A stretch of DNA of 64,000 nucleotides, taken from assembly GCA_009914755.4 (NCBI GenBank), contig CP068257.2:10464001-10528000 (forward strand), given 5' to 3'. This document shows positions 1 through 13,375 of this stretch, in pieces. Source of the stretch: the human T2T-CHM13v2.0 reference genome, Homo sapiens. Each line of letters starts with the position of its first letter. Positions within the stretch are counted from its first letter, which is position 1. The translations under genes were made by a program, and so were the position numbers. A model generated the notes under the pieces. The model was given only the letters and a program-made list of their open reading frames with translations. It had not been told where the DNA came from and ran no database searches.

Positions 1-3000
1 CTCGAATGAAATGGAATGGAATGGACTGGACTGGAATGGAATGGAATGGACTGGAATGAAATGGAAAGGAATGGACTTGAATGGAATAGAATGGAATGGA
101 ATGGAATGGAATGGAATGGAATGGAATGGAATGGAATGGAATGGACTCGATGGGAACGGAATGGATTGCATTTGAATGGAATGGAATGGACTCAAAAGGA
201 AAGGAATGGAATTTAATGGAATGGAATTTAAAGGAATGTAATGTAATGGAATGGACTCGAATGGAATAGAATGGAATCGACTTGAATGGAATGGAATGCA
301 ATGGAATGGATTCGAATGGAAGAGACCCGAATGGATTAGAATGTAATGTATTCGAATGGAATTTAATGGAATTGAATGGACTCGAAAGGAATGGAATGGA
401 ATGCAATGGAATGGACTCGAATGGAATGGAATGCAATGACTCGATGGAATGGAATGCAATGGAATGGACTCGTACCTAATTGAGTGGAATTGACACGAAC
501 GGCATTGAATGGAATGGACCCGAATGGAATGGAATGGAATGGAATGATCTCAAATGGAACGGAATGGTATGGAAAGGAGACGAATGGAATGGAATGGAAT
601 GGAATGGAATGGAATGGAATGGAATGGAATGGAATGGAATGGAATGGAATTGCTTTGAATGAAAGGGACTCTAATGGAATGGAATGTAATGGAATGGAAT
701 GGAATCAAATGGAATAGCATGGAATTCAATGGATTTGAATGTAATGGAATGGAATGGAATCGAAAGGAATTGAGTGGACTCAAACGGAAGGGAATGGAAC
801 GGACTCGAACAGAATAGAACGGAATGGAATGGAATGGAATATATTGGAATGGACTCGAATGGAGTAGAAAGGAATGGACTCGAATGGAATGGAGTGGAAT
901 GTAACGAACTAGAATGGAATGGAGTGGAATGGACTTCAATGGAATGGAAGGGAATCTAATGGTCTTGATTGGAATAGAATTGGATGGAGTAGAATGGACT
1001 CAAAAGTAACGGAATGGAATGGATTCGAGTGGAATGGAATGGACACGAATGGAATGAAATTGAATAGAATGGACTCGAACGGAATACAATGTAATTTAAT
1101 GAAATGGACTCTAATGGAACGTAATGGAATGGACTCAAATGTCATAGAATGGAATGGACGCCAATGGAATGGAAGGCAATGGAATGGAATCGAATGGAAT
1201 GGACTGGAATGAAATGGAATGGAATAGAATGGTCTCGAAAGGAATAGAATGGAATGAAATGGAATGGACTAAAATGCAATGGAATGTACAGGAATGGAAT
1301 GTAATGAAATGGAATGGAATGGACTAGAATTGAATGGAATGGAATGGAATGGAATGGAATTGATGGGAATGGAATGGAATGGATTTGAATGGAATCAAAT
1401 GGACTCGAAAGGAATGGAATGGAATTTAATGGAATGTAGTCTAATGGAATGGAATCGAATGTAATGGACTCAAATGGAAAAGAATGGAATGGACTCGAAT
1501 GGAATGGAATGCAGTGGAATGGATTCCAATGGAATGGACTCGAATGGAATGGAATGGAATGGATTCAAACGGAATGTAGTGGAATGGAATGGAATGGAAT
1601 GGAATGGAATGGAACGGAAAAGGAATGGAATGGAATGGAAAGGAATTGAATGGAATGGAATGGAATGCAACGGAATTGGATGGAATGGACTTGAATGGAA
1701 TAGTAAGGAATGGAATGGAATGGCCTCGAATGGAATGGAATGCAATGGGCTCGAGTGAAATAGAATGGATACAAATGGAATGGAATGGAATAGAACAGAC
1801 TTGAATGGAATAGAATTGTATTTATTGGAATGGACTCTAAAGGAAAGGAATGGAATGGACTCGAATGGAAAGCAATTGAATGGACTCAAATGGAATAGAA
1901 TGGAATTGAATGGAATTGATTGGAATGGAATGGAATGGGATGGAATGGAATGGAATGGGATGGGATGGAATAGAATGGAATGGATTGGAATGGAGTAGAA
2001 TGGACTCGAATGGAAGGGAAAGGAATGGACACGAATGGAATGCAATGGAATGGAATGGAATGCAATGCAATGGAATGGAATGGAATTGACACAAATGGAA
2101 TGAAATGGGATGGAATGGAATGGAATGGAATGGAATGGAATGGATTGGAATGAAGTACAATGGACTCGAATGGAAGGGAAAGGAATGGACACGAATGGAA
2201 TGCAGTGGAATGGAATGGAATGGAATGGAATGGAATGGAATGGAATGGAATGGAATGCAACGGAATGGAATGGAATTGACTCAAATGAAATGGAATGAAA
2301 TGGAATTTACTCGAATGGAATGAAATGGAATGGACTCGAATGGAATGGACTGGAAACGATTGTAATGGAACAGAATGGAATGGACTTGAATGTAATATAA
2401 TGGAATGGATTCTAATGGAATGGAATGCAATGGAATGGACTCCAATGGATTAAAATGGAATGGACTTGAATGGAATGGGATGGATTTAAGTGGACTCAAA
2501 TGGGATGGGATGGAATAAACTCTAATTGAATGGAACGGAGTGGAATGTACACGAATGGAATGGAAAGGAATTCACTCGAATGGAATTGATTCAAGTGGAA
2601 TGGAATCGAGTGGAGTGGAATGGAATGGAATGGAACGGAATGGAATGGAATGGACTCGAATGGAAGGGAATTGAATTAACCCGAATTTAATGGAATGGAA
2701 TGGAAAGAAATGGAATCGAATGGAATGGAACGGAATGGAATTGACCCGAATGGAGTGGAATGGAATGGAATGGACCCTAATGGAATGGAATTGAATGGAC
2801 CCGAATGGAATGGAATCGAATGGAATTGCAAGGCACGGAATGGAATGAAATGGAATGGAATGGTATGGAATGGAATGGAATGGACTCTAACGGAATTGAA
2901 TGGAATGGAATGGAATGAAACCAAAATTAATGGAATGGAATGGACTCGAATGGAATAGAATGGACATGAATGGAATGGAATCGAATGGACCCAAATCGAA

Positions 3001-6000
3001 TGGAATGGAATGGAATGGAATGGAATGGAATGGAATGGAATGAATTTGAATGGAATGTAGTTGAATTGAATAGATCTGAAAGGAATGGAATGGAATGAAA
3101 TGGACTCGAATGGAATGGAAGGGAACGGAGTGGAATCGAATGAAATGGAATGGACCCGAATGGAATGGAATGGAATGGAATGGAATAGAATCCAGTGGAA
3201 TGGAATGGAATGGAAAGGAATTGACTCGAATGGAATTGAAATGACTTGAGTACGTTGGAGTGGAATGGAATGGACTTGAAAGGAACAGAATGTGATTTAA
3301 TGGAATGGACTCTAATGGAATGGAATGCAATGGATTCGAAGGGAATACAATGGAATGGAATCGAATGAAATGGAATGGAATTGAATGGACTTGATTGGAA
3401 TGCAATGGAATGGAATAGACTCGAAGGAAATGGAATAGAAAGGACCCGAATGTAATGTAATGTAATGTAATGTAATGTAATGTAATGTAAAGTAATGTAA
3501 CGTAATGTAAGGTAATGAAATTTAATGGAATGAAAGGGAATGGAATGGAATCGACATGAATGGAATAGAATGTAATGGAATGGAATGGATACAAAGACAA
3601 TGGAGTGGAATGTACTCCTTTGGAATGGAATGGACTCAAATGGAATGGAATATAATTTAATGTAATGAACTCTAATGGAATGGAATCTAATGGAATGGAA
3701 AGGAATGGACTCAAATGGGATAGAACGGAATGGACGCCAATGGAATGGAATGCAATGGAATGGAATCGAATGAAATTGACTCGAATGAAATGGAATGGAA
3801 TTGAATGGTCTCGAAAGCAATAGAATGGAATGAAATGGAATGGACTCGAATGGAATGGAATGTGCTGGAATGGAATGAAATGAAATGGAATGGAATGGAA
3901 TGGAATGGAATGGAATGGACTTGAATGGAATAGAATGGAATGGAATGGAATGGAATGGAATGGAATGGAATGGAATGGAATGGACTTGTTGGGAATGGAA
4001 TGGAATGGATTGGAATGGAATGGATTTGAATGGAATGGACTCGAAAGGAATGGAATGGAATTTAATGGAATGGAATCTAATGGAATGGAATAGAAAGTAA
4101 TGGACTTGCATGGAAAAGAATGGAATGTACTCGAATGGAATGGAATGCAATGGAATGGACTCGAATGGAATGGATGCGAACGGAATGGAATAGAATAGAT
4201 TCGAATGGAATGTAGTGGAATGGAACGCATTTGAATGGAATGGAATGGAATGGATTCGAATGGAATGGAATGGAATTGAATGGACTTCAAAGGAGTGGAA
4301 TCGAATTGAATGGACTCGAAAAGAATGGAATGGAATGCAATGGAATGGACTCGAAAGGAATGGAATGGAATGGACTTGAATGGATTTGAATGCAATGGAA
4401 TGGATTCGAATGGATTTGAATCGAATGGAATTGAATGGAATCTACTAGATTGGAATAGAATGGAATGAACTCGAATGGAATGGTTTGGAATGGAATGGAC
4501 TTGTATGGAATGGAGTGGAATAGACTCGAATGGAATGGAATTGAATGGACTCGACTGGAATGGAATGTAAAGGAATGAAATTGACTAGAATGGAATGGAA
4601 TGGAATGGAATGGAATCGAATGGATTTGAATGCAGTGGAATGGATTTGAATCGACTTGAATCGAATGGAATTGAATGGAATATACTGGATTGGAATCGAA
4701 TGGAATGAACTCGAATGGAATGGTGTGGAATGGAATGGACTTGTGTGGAATGGAGTGGAATAGACTCGAATGGAATGGAATTGAATGGACTCAACTGGAA
4801 TGGAATGTAAGGAAATGAAGTTGACTATGGAATGGAATGGAGTCGAATGGAATGCTATGGAATGGAATGAAATGAAATGGAATGTACTCGAATGAAATGC
4901 AGTGGAGTGGAATGGAATCAAATGGAATGGAATAGAATGGACCCGAATGGAATGGAATGGAACGGAATGGACGCGAATAGAATGCAATGGAATCGAAAGG
5001 GATGGAATGGAATGGAATGGAATGGAGTGGAATAGAATGGAATGGAATGGACTCGAATGGATTGGAATGGAATTTAATGGAATGGACCCTAATGGAATGG
5101 AAAGGGATGGACTCGAATGGAATAGAATGCAATGGACTCGAATGAATTTGAATGCAATTGATTCGATAGGAATGGAATGGAATTCAGTGAAACGGAATGG
5201 AATGCTATGGAATGGACTCAAATGGAATTGACTCGAATGGATTTGAATTGATTGGACCTGAATGGATTTCAACAGAATGAAATGGGTTCGAGTGGAATGG
5301 AATTGGATGGAATGGGCACTAATGGAATGGAATGGAATGGCTCAAATGAAATAGAAGGGAAAGGATTCGAATGGACTCGAATGGAAGGGAATGCCTTCAA
5401 ATGGAATGGAATTGAAAGGAATGAACTTGAAAGGAATAGAAAGGAACGGAATGGAACAGACTCGAATGGAAAGGAATGGAATGGACTCGAATGGAATAGA
5501 ACGGAATTCATTTGAATGGAATAGAATGGAATGCATTCGAATGGAATGGCATAAAATGGAACGTATGGAATGGAATGGAATTGAGTTGACATGAATGGAA
5601 TGGAATGGACTCGAATGGAATGGACACGAATGTAATGGAGTGAAATGGAATGGAATGGAATGGAGTGGAATGGAATGGACTCAAATGGAATGGAATGGAA
5701 TTGAATGGACTTGAAAGGAATGGAATGAAATGAGAGAGATTGGACTCGAATGGAATGGAATGGAATGGACCTGAATGGAATAGAATGGACTCAAATGTAT
5801 TGGAATGGATTGGAACAGTCTCGAGTGGAATGGAATGGAATGGAGTGGAATGGAATGTAGTCGAAAGGCATGGAATGGAATTGACTCAAATGGAATAGAA
5901 AGGTATGGACTCGAATGGAATGGAATGCAATTGAATGGACTCGAATGGAATGGAATTGAATGGAATGGAATGGAATGGAATGAAATGAAATGGACTCAAA

Positions 6001-9000
6001 TGCAATGGAATGGAATGGAGTCAAATGGAATGGAATGGACTGGAAAGGAATGGAATTTAATGGAAATGACTCGAGTTAAATGGAATGGAATGGAATGGAA
6101 TGGAATGGAATGGAATGGAATGGACTCGAATGCACTGGAATGGACTCAAATGGAATGGAATGAAATGAAATCGACTCGAGTTGAATGGAATGGAAAGGAG
6201 TGGACTCAAATGAAATGGAATGCAATGGAATGGAATTGAGTGGAATAGAATGGAATTTACCCTAATGGAATGGCATGGAAAGGATACGACTCTAATGGAA
6301 TGGAATGGAATGGAATGGAATGGAATGGAATGGAATGGAATGGAATGGAGTGGAATGGAATTGAATGGAGTGGAATGGAATGGAATGGAGTGGAATGGAA
6401 TGGAATGGACAGGAAAGGAACGGAAAGGAATGGAAAGGGCTGGAATGGAACGAAATGGAATAGAATGTACTCGAATAGAATGGAATTCAATGGACTCGAA
6501 TGGAATGCAATGGACTCGAATGGAAACAATGGAATTGATCTGAATAGAATTGAATGGAATGGAATGGAAAGGACTTGAATGGAATAGAATGGATTGGAAT
6601 GGAATGGTATTGAATGGAATGGAATGGAATGGACTCGAATGGAATGGAATGGACTTTAATAGAATGGAATGGAATGGAATAGACATGAATGGAATTGAAT
6701 GGGTTTTACTGGAGTGGACTCTAATGGAATGGACTCTAATGGAGGGGAATGGAATGGACTCGAATGGAATGAACTGTAATAGAATGGTTTAGAATGGAAT
6801 GGACTCGAGTGGAATGGAAAGGAATGGGATGGACTCGAATGAAATGTTATGGAATAGAAGGAATGGAATGGACTCAAATGGAATGGACCCAAATGGAAAG
6901 GAATGGAATGGAATGGTATGGAATGGAATGGTTTGGAATGATCTCGAATGGAATTGAGTGGAATGGACTGGAATCTAATGGAATGGAACAGAATGGAATG
7001 GACTCGAATGGAATAGAATGGAATTGACTCGAATGGAATTGAATTGAATGGACATGAGTGGAATGGAATGGAATGGAATGGAATGGAATGGAATGGAACG
7101 GAATGGAATGGAATGGAATGGACTCGAATGGAATGGAATGGAGTGGAATCTAATGACTCGAATTGAATGGAATGGAATGGACTCGAATGGAATGGATTCG
7201 AATGGAATGGAATGGAATGGAATGGACTCGAATGGAATGGGCTGGAATGGAATGGATTTGAATAGAATGGAATGGACTCGAAAGGAATGGAATGGAATGG
7301 ACTCAATTGGAATAGAATGTAATGGAATGGACTCCAATGGAATGGAGTGGAATTGACTCCAATGGAATGGAACGGTCTCGAATGGAATGGAATGGAAAGG
7401 AATGGACTCGAATGGAATAGAATGGAATGGAATGGAATTGACTCCAATGGAAGGGGTTGAATGGAATGGACTAGAATATATGGAGTGGAAAGGACTCAAA
7501 TGGAATAGAATGGAATGGAGAGGACTCCAATGGAATTGAAGGCAATGGACTCGAATGGAATGGAAATTACTCGAATGGAATGGAATGTAAAGTATTGGAC
7601 TCGAATGGAATAGCATGGAATGGAATTGAATGGACTCGAGTGCAATGGAATTGAATGGACTCGAATGGAATCGAATGGAATGGAATCGAATGGAATGGAG
7701 AAAATTGAATGGACAAGAATGGTGTGGAATGGAATGAAATGGACCCGAATGGAATGGAATGAAATGAAATGGACCCGTATGTCATGGACTGGAATGGAAT
7801 GGAATGGACTGGAATGGAATACAAATTCATACAATGGAATGGAGTTGAAAGGAATAGAATGGAATGGAAGGGAAAGGACTCGAAAGTAATAGAGTGGAAT
7901 GGACTCAAATGGAATAGAATGGAATCGAATGGACTCAAATGGAATGGAATCGAATGGACTTGCATGGAACGGAACGGACTCGATCGGAATGCAATGGAAT
8001 TGAATGGACGTAAAAGGAACAGAATGGATGGAATGAAATGGACTCGAATGGAATGGCATGGAATGGACTCGAATAGAATAGAATGGAATGGACTCGAAAA
8101 TAATGGAGTGAAATGAAATGGATTCGAATGGAATGGACTCGAAAATAATGGAGTAGAATGGAGTGGACTTGAATGGAATGGAGTTTAATGGACTCGAATG
8201 CCAAGAAATGGAATTCAATGGAATTGACTGCAATGGAATGTAACAGAAAGAAATGTACTAGGATGGAATGGAGTGGAATGTAATGAAATGGACTCGAATG
8301 GGAAGGAATGGAATCGAATGGAATGGAATGGAATGGAATGGAAAAATGGAATGTAATGGAATGGAATGTTATGGACTCGAATGGAATGCTATTGAATTGA
8401 ATGGACTCAAAAGGAATGCAATGGAATGGAATGGAAAGGAATGGAATGGACTCGAATGGAATGAAATGGAATGGCCTCGAATGGAATGGAATGGACATGA
8501 ATGGAATGAAATAGAATGGAATCGACTCGAGTTGAATGGAATGGAATGGAATGGACTCGAATGGTATGGAATGCAATGGAATGGACTCGAATGGAATGGC
8601 CCCAGATGGAATGGAATGGAGTGGAATGGAATGGAGTGGAATGGAATGGAATGGAATGGAATGGAATGGAATGGACTCGAATGTAATGGAATGTAATCGA
8701 AGGGACTCGAATGGAATGGAATGGAATAGAAGGGACTCGAATGGAATGAAATGAAATCTAATTTACTCGAATGGCATGGACTGCACTCGATTGGAATTGA
8801 GTGCAATGGATTAGAATTGACCCGAATGGAATGGAATGGAATTGACTTGAATGGAAAAGAATGGAATTTAATGTAATGGACTCGAAGGTATTGGAATGGA
8901 ACTGACACGAATGGAATGGAATTGACTCGAATGGAATGGAAAGGAGTTTAATGGAATGGACACTAATGAAATGGAATCTAATTTAATGCAATGGAATGGA

Positions 9001-11031
9001 TTCAAATGGAATACCATGAAATGTACTCGAATGGAGTGGAATGCAAAGGAATGGACTCGAATGTAATGGAATTAAATAGACTCAAACTGAATGGAATGGA
9101 ATTGAATGGTGTCGAAAGTGATGGAATGGAATGCAATGGAATGGACTCCAGAGGAATGGAATGAAATTGACTCAAAAGGAATTGAATGGAATGGACCACA
9201 ATGGAATGAATGGAATGGAATGGACCCGAATGCAGTGGATTGCTTTGTAATTGAGTGGAATGGAATGGAATTTAATGGAATGGACCCTAATGGAATGGAA
9301 TGGAATGGACTCGAAAGGAATAGAATGGAATGGACTCAAATGGAATGGAATGAAATGGAATGGACTGGAATTGAATGGAATGAACTCGAATGGAATGGAA
9401 TGGAATGGAATCGACTCGAATTGAATGGAATGGAATGGATTGGACTCGAATTGAATGGAATGGAATGGATTGGACTCGAATAGAATGGAATGGAATGGAC
9501 TCGAATTCAATAGAATGGAATGGACACGAATGGAATGGAATGGAATTGAATGGACTTGAATGGAATGGAATGGAATCGACTCAAATGCAATAGAACTGAA
9601 TGGACACGAATGAAATGGAATGGAATGGAATGGACTAGAATGGAACGCAATGGAATGGACTCGAATGGAATAGAATGGAATGGACTTGAATGGAATGGAA
9701 TGGATTGGAATGGACTCGAATGGAATGGAGTGGAATGGACTCAAATGGAATGGAATGGAACTGAATTGACTTGAATCGAATGGAATGGAATGGAATGGAA
9801 TGGAATCAAATGGAATGGAATGGAATCAAATGGAATGGAATGTATTGGAATGAAATGGAGTCGAATGGAATGGAATGGAATCGAAAGGAAACTAGTGGAA
9901 TTGAATGAGCTCGAAAGGAATGGAATGGAATGGAGTGGACTCGATTGGAATGGAATGGTATGGACTCGAAAGAAATGGAATGGATTAGAATGGAATGGAA
10001 TGGAATGGAAATGACTCGAGTAGAATGCAAAGGAATGGCATGGAATGGAATGGAATCGAATAGAATGGATTGGATTGGAATGTAATGGACTCGAATGTAA
10101 TGCAATGGAATCGAATCGAGTGGAATTGAATGGAATGGAATGGAATGGAATTGAAAGGACTCGAATGGAATGGAATGGAACTCAAAGGACTCGAATGGAA
10201 TGGAGTTCAATGGAATGGAATGGACTCGAATGGAATGGATCGGAATGGACTCGAATGGAATGGAATTGAAAGGACTCGAATGGAATGGAATGGAACTCAA
10301 TGGACTCGAATGGAATGGAGTTCAATGGAATGGAATGGACTCGAATGGAATGGATCGGAATGGACTCGAATGGAATGGAATGGACAGGTTTCGAATTGAA
10401 TGGAATGGAAGGGAATGGTCTCGAATGGAATCGAATGGAATGGACTCAAATGGAATGGAATGGAATGCAATGGATTCAAATGGAATGGAATGGATACAAA
10501 TTGAATGGAATGGACTCGAGTGGAATGGAATGGACTCGAATGGAATGGAATGGAATGCATTGGATTCAAATGGAATGGAATGGATACAAATTGAATGGAA
10601 TGGACTCGAGTGGAATGGAATGGACTCGAATGGAATGCAATGGAATGGACTTGAATGGCATAGAATGGAATGGAATCGAATGGAATGGGTTGGACTCGAA
10701 TGGACTCGAGTGGAATGGAATCGAATTTAATGAACTCGAATGGAATGGAATGTAATTGAATGGAATGGACTCAAATGGTATGCAATGAATTCGAATGGAA
10801 TGGAATGATATGCAAAAGACTCGAATGGAATGGTTTGGAATGGACTCGAGTGGAATGGAATGGAATAGAATGAAATGGAATGGAATGGAATGGAATGGAA
10901 TGGAATGGAATGGAATGGACTGGAATGGAATGGAATGCAATGCAATGGAGTGGACTGGAATGAAATCAGATGAAATGGAATCGAATGGAATGGAATGGAA
11001 TAGAATGTACTCGAATGGAATGGACGGACTC
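1..11031 (+). repeat. Pentameric (GGAAT)n satellite block, HSat3 / satellite III family, interspersed with the decamer variant GGACTCGAATGGAAT. It runs from the window edge to an abrupt junction near 11031.
   Basis: Direct reading of the sequence: near-continuous ggaat/ggaatggaatgg units with recurring gactcgaatgg. All + and - ORFs in this span translate to MEWNG/IPFHS repeats and are artefacts. The composition is the classic human satellite III (ATTCC)n on the opposite strand. Confidence 0.9.
3451..3517 (+). repeat. Embedded variant pentamer tract (TGTAA)n, about 13 units, inside the GGAAT satellite.
   Basis: tgtaatgtaatgtaatgtaatgtaatgtaatgtaaagtaatgtaacgtaatgtaaggtaatg, read directly from the sequence. 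Confidence 0.7.
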
Positions 11032-11830
11032 AAACGCAAATATCACTGAGGCTTTCCTTGGAGTAGCTCCTGTAATTAGAATCATTGGTACTCTGCCCTC
11101 CTGTCAGTGGTGGAACGTTCTATCGGCATATGTGGAAGCCTGTTAGAAGGACGAGTTTCTTTGAACACAATAAAATTTTAAGTTAGGAATAACTTATTTG
11201 AAAGCAATTCATTGAAAGTTATTGCTAAGAATTTAGAAGCAAAGTCTTCTGGCAGTCATTTCTTCGAGACGTACGGCAGTGTGGGAGGGATATATAAAGT
11301 GGAATAGGAACTTGGGCTAGTTAAATGGAATAGCCTCCAATGTTAATCTGTTTACCTCTTAACTGAATGAAAAATCCTATAGTTGTAAGAAAAGAAAATA
11401 TATACAATCCTCACACATTACCTTCTCATCAGCATAATTAATCTACATTGAAGATGAGTGTGGCAAAGCAGAGACTCTATATACAGAGAAAAACATAGGG
11501 AAATGCAAAGACACTGGGAGAAAAAAAGTGAAGGACAGTAGAGCAACTGGAAGCTTCTGACACCAACAGCTTGATGAACGGGTTCACTCAACCCTTGATG
11601 GACACAGAGTCACTTCTCTTAGGGAAACTCCAGTATTCTCAGGTGAAAATATGCAAACATGATGAATGTACACTTGCTACGTCTCCAATTGTGTACTGTT
11701 TTCCTTACTTCTGTTTGGAGAAGGAAGTCATATACTCAGGTCTAGTATCCATGTAGGGGGTGCTCCCCATTTGCAAGATACTAGAAAAAATGGCAAGTTA
11801 GAGGCCCACTGTTGTACAAATCAACTAGTT

Positions 11831-11834
<4 letters not shown>

Positions 11835-11882
<48 letters not shown>
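11835..11882. repeat. (GT)24 dinucleotide microsatellite.
   Basis: Perfect gt run, read directly. Confidence 0.9.
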
Positions 11883-11886
<4 letters not shown>

Positions 11887-12831
11887 GAAAAAGAAGACAT
11901 GGAGTGGGCATTGATCCACAAGTATATATGCCTACAGGTATTCTTAGATGTAATATTCAATTGCAGAAGACCAAACAAGATAGAGCATCCCCCAAAACCC
12001 TTCAAAATTTTTGTGCTCACTATGTGTCCACTAATTAAATGCATCCTGAGCTCCAGGGAAGGGCTCCCTGATGGTTTCTTAGAGTTCACTGGATCTTCTA
12101 AGGTCAATGTTTTCAAAAGATTGTGTCAGTAACATATGGTGTCACTGAAGGAGCATTTTAAACTAGGGCATGACCTCTTCCTATAGCCCTAGAAACACTG
12201 AGAGATAAATCCTCTGTGAGCCCAGATGGAAACCTCCATGCAGAGCAGAGGCAGTGCTGCAGGGGGCGCCCAGGACCCACCCAGAACAGGCTCCAGCCCC
12301 AGAGCTGGTGCACATGAGGCTGCAGCGGGGATTTCTCTGAGAACTGAGTGTTGTTTTATTGAAAACCAAAAAATTATAACATGTTAAAATTAGAATTTTG
12401 CAAAGACTATTTCTATTATCTCTATACATTTAGAAATAAATAAATCAACAATTCAGTGAGAACCACATTTAAAAGGCAAAATTGTTAGCGGTTTGAGGTA
12501 TTTTCCTAGTAAAAAATGAAGAACAGGGATGGTTTTATTAAATCAAAAGGTACACATTTCAGAAGACACATAGATCCCAAGAGTAAGACTGCAGACAGCA
12601 AAACCCCGAAAGGGTGGAGGCTGTCCATGTGCCATGTCCTGTGTGAGTCACCTTCTTAGTGGAGAAGTTCTCCCTTCACAAAGTTCTGGGCATATAAAGG
12701 GAAACACGACTTTAAATAAGAATGAGGACTTGTACCTCAGCATCCCACAGTTGTGTGGTTCATGTGAGATCTATTTTCTCTTTCTCATGCTGGATCAAGT
12801 GTAAGGCTATGAAGTAGTAGTTCTCGTGAAT

Positions 12832-12839
12832 ATGCAAAT
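12832..12839 (+). promoter_or_regulatory. Immunoglobulin octamer ATGCAAAT, about 100 bp upstream of the IGHV1 initiator ATG (V-gene promoter element).
   Basis: Exact ATGCAAAT lies within ...gtgaatATGCAAATcacctgagatgaacactacagatatgtctgtgccctgagagc..., matching the architecture of an IGHV1 promoter. A heptamer-like ctcatgc lies about 40 bp further upstream. Confidence 0.7.
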
Positions 12840-12939
12840 CACCTGAGATGAACACTACAGATATGTCTGTGCCCTGAGAGCATTACCCAATAACCAGCCA
12901 TGTCCTCTAGAGAAGCTCCTGAGAGCACAGCTCCTCACC

Positions 12940-12985
12940 ATGGACTGGAATTGGAGGATCCTGTTTTTGGTGGTCATAGCTGCGG
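12940..12985 (+). CDS. IGHV1/OR15-9: IGHV1-subgroup V gene, leader exon 1 (L-PART1) encoding MDWNWRILFLVVIAAG, followed by a GT splice donor.
   Basis: ATG at 12940, then 46 nt, then gtagga donor. The peptide is the canonical IGHV1 leader (MDWTWRILFLVAAATG-like). The gene symbol is recalled from memory only (it also resembles IGHV1-38-4). An orphon assignment is favoured because HSat3 lies directly beside it. Confidence 0.8.
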
Positions 12986-13068
12986 GTAGGATAATTCTCA
13001 GTCCCCAGGACTAAGGTGACTGGGTCCAGTAAAAGAGGGTTTTATCCACTCCTGTGTCCTCTCCACAG

Positions 13069-13375
13069 GTGCCCAGTCCCAGGTACAGCTGGTGCAGTCT
13101 GGGGCTGAGGTGAAGAAGCCTGGGGCCTCAGTGAAGGTCTCCTGCAAGGCTTCTGGATACACCTTCACCAACTACTGTATGCACTGGGTGCGCCAGGTCC
13201 ATGCACAAGGGCTTGAGTGGATGGGATTGGTGTGCCCTAGTGATGGCAGCACAAGCTATGCACAAAAGTTCCAGGCCAGAGTCACCATAACCAGGGACAC
13301 ATCCATGAGCACAGCCTACATGGAGCTAAGCAGTCTGAGATCTGAGGACACGGCCATGTATTACTGTGTGAGAGA
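13069..13375 (+). CDS. IGHV1/OR15-9: IGHV1-subgroup V-exon: 11 nt of L-PART2 (..AQS) plus a 296-nt V-region with an open reading frame.
   Basis: An 83-bp intron ends in ...ctctccacag|gtgcccagtcc. Translation: [98 protein letters not shown]. The conserved Cys23, Trp41 and Cys104 are present, with no stop or frameshift. It is closest to IGHV1-46-like germline genes and carries extra Cys residues in CDR1 and CDR2. Confidence 0.85.

Noticed and set aside
1-11031. Dozens of 60-500-aa ORFs on both strands with MEWNGMEWNG or IPFHSIPFHS periodic peptides, for example 2887-4395 on the minus strand (502 aa).
   Set aside because: They are translations of the (GGAAT)n satellite with periodic amino-acid repeats and no start or stop context. 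They are not genes.
1-11031. An alternative classification of the satellite as HSat2, or as telomeric or subtelomeric repeat.
   Set aside because: The repeat is overwhelmingly a pure GGAAT pentamer with sporadic GGACTCGAATGG decamers and lacks the ATTCGAT-rich 23/26-bp structure of HSat2, so HSat3 is the better fit. The precise subfamily is not determinable by eye.
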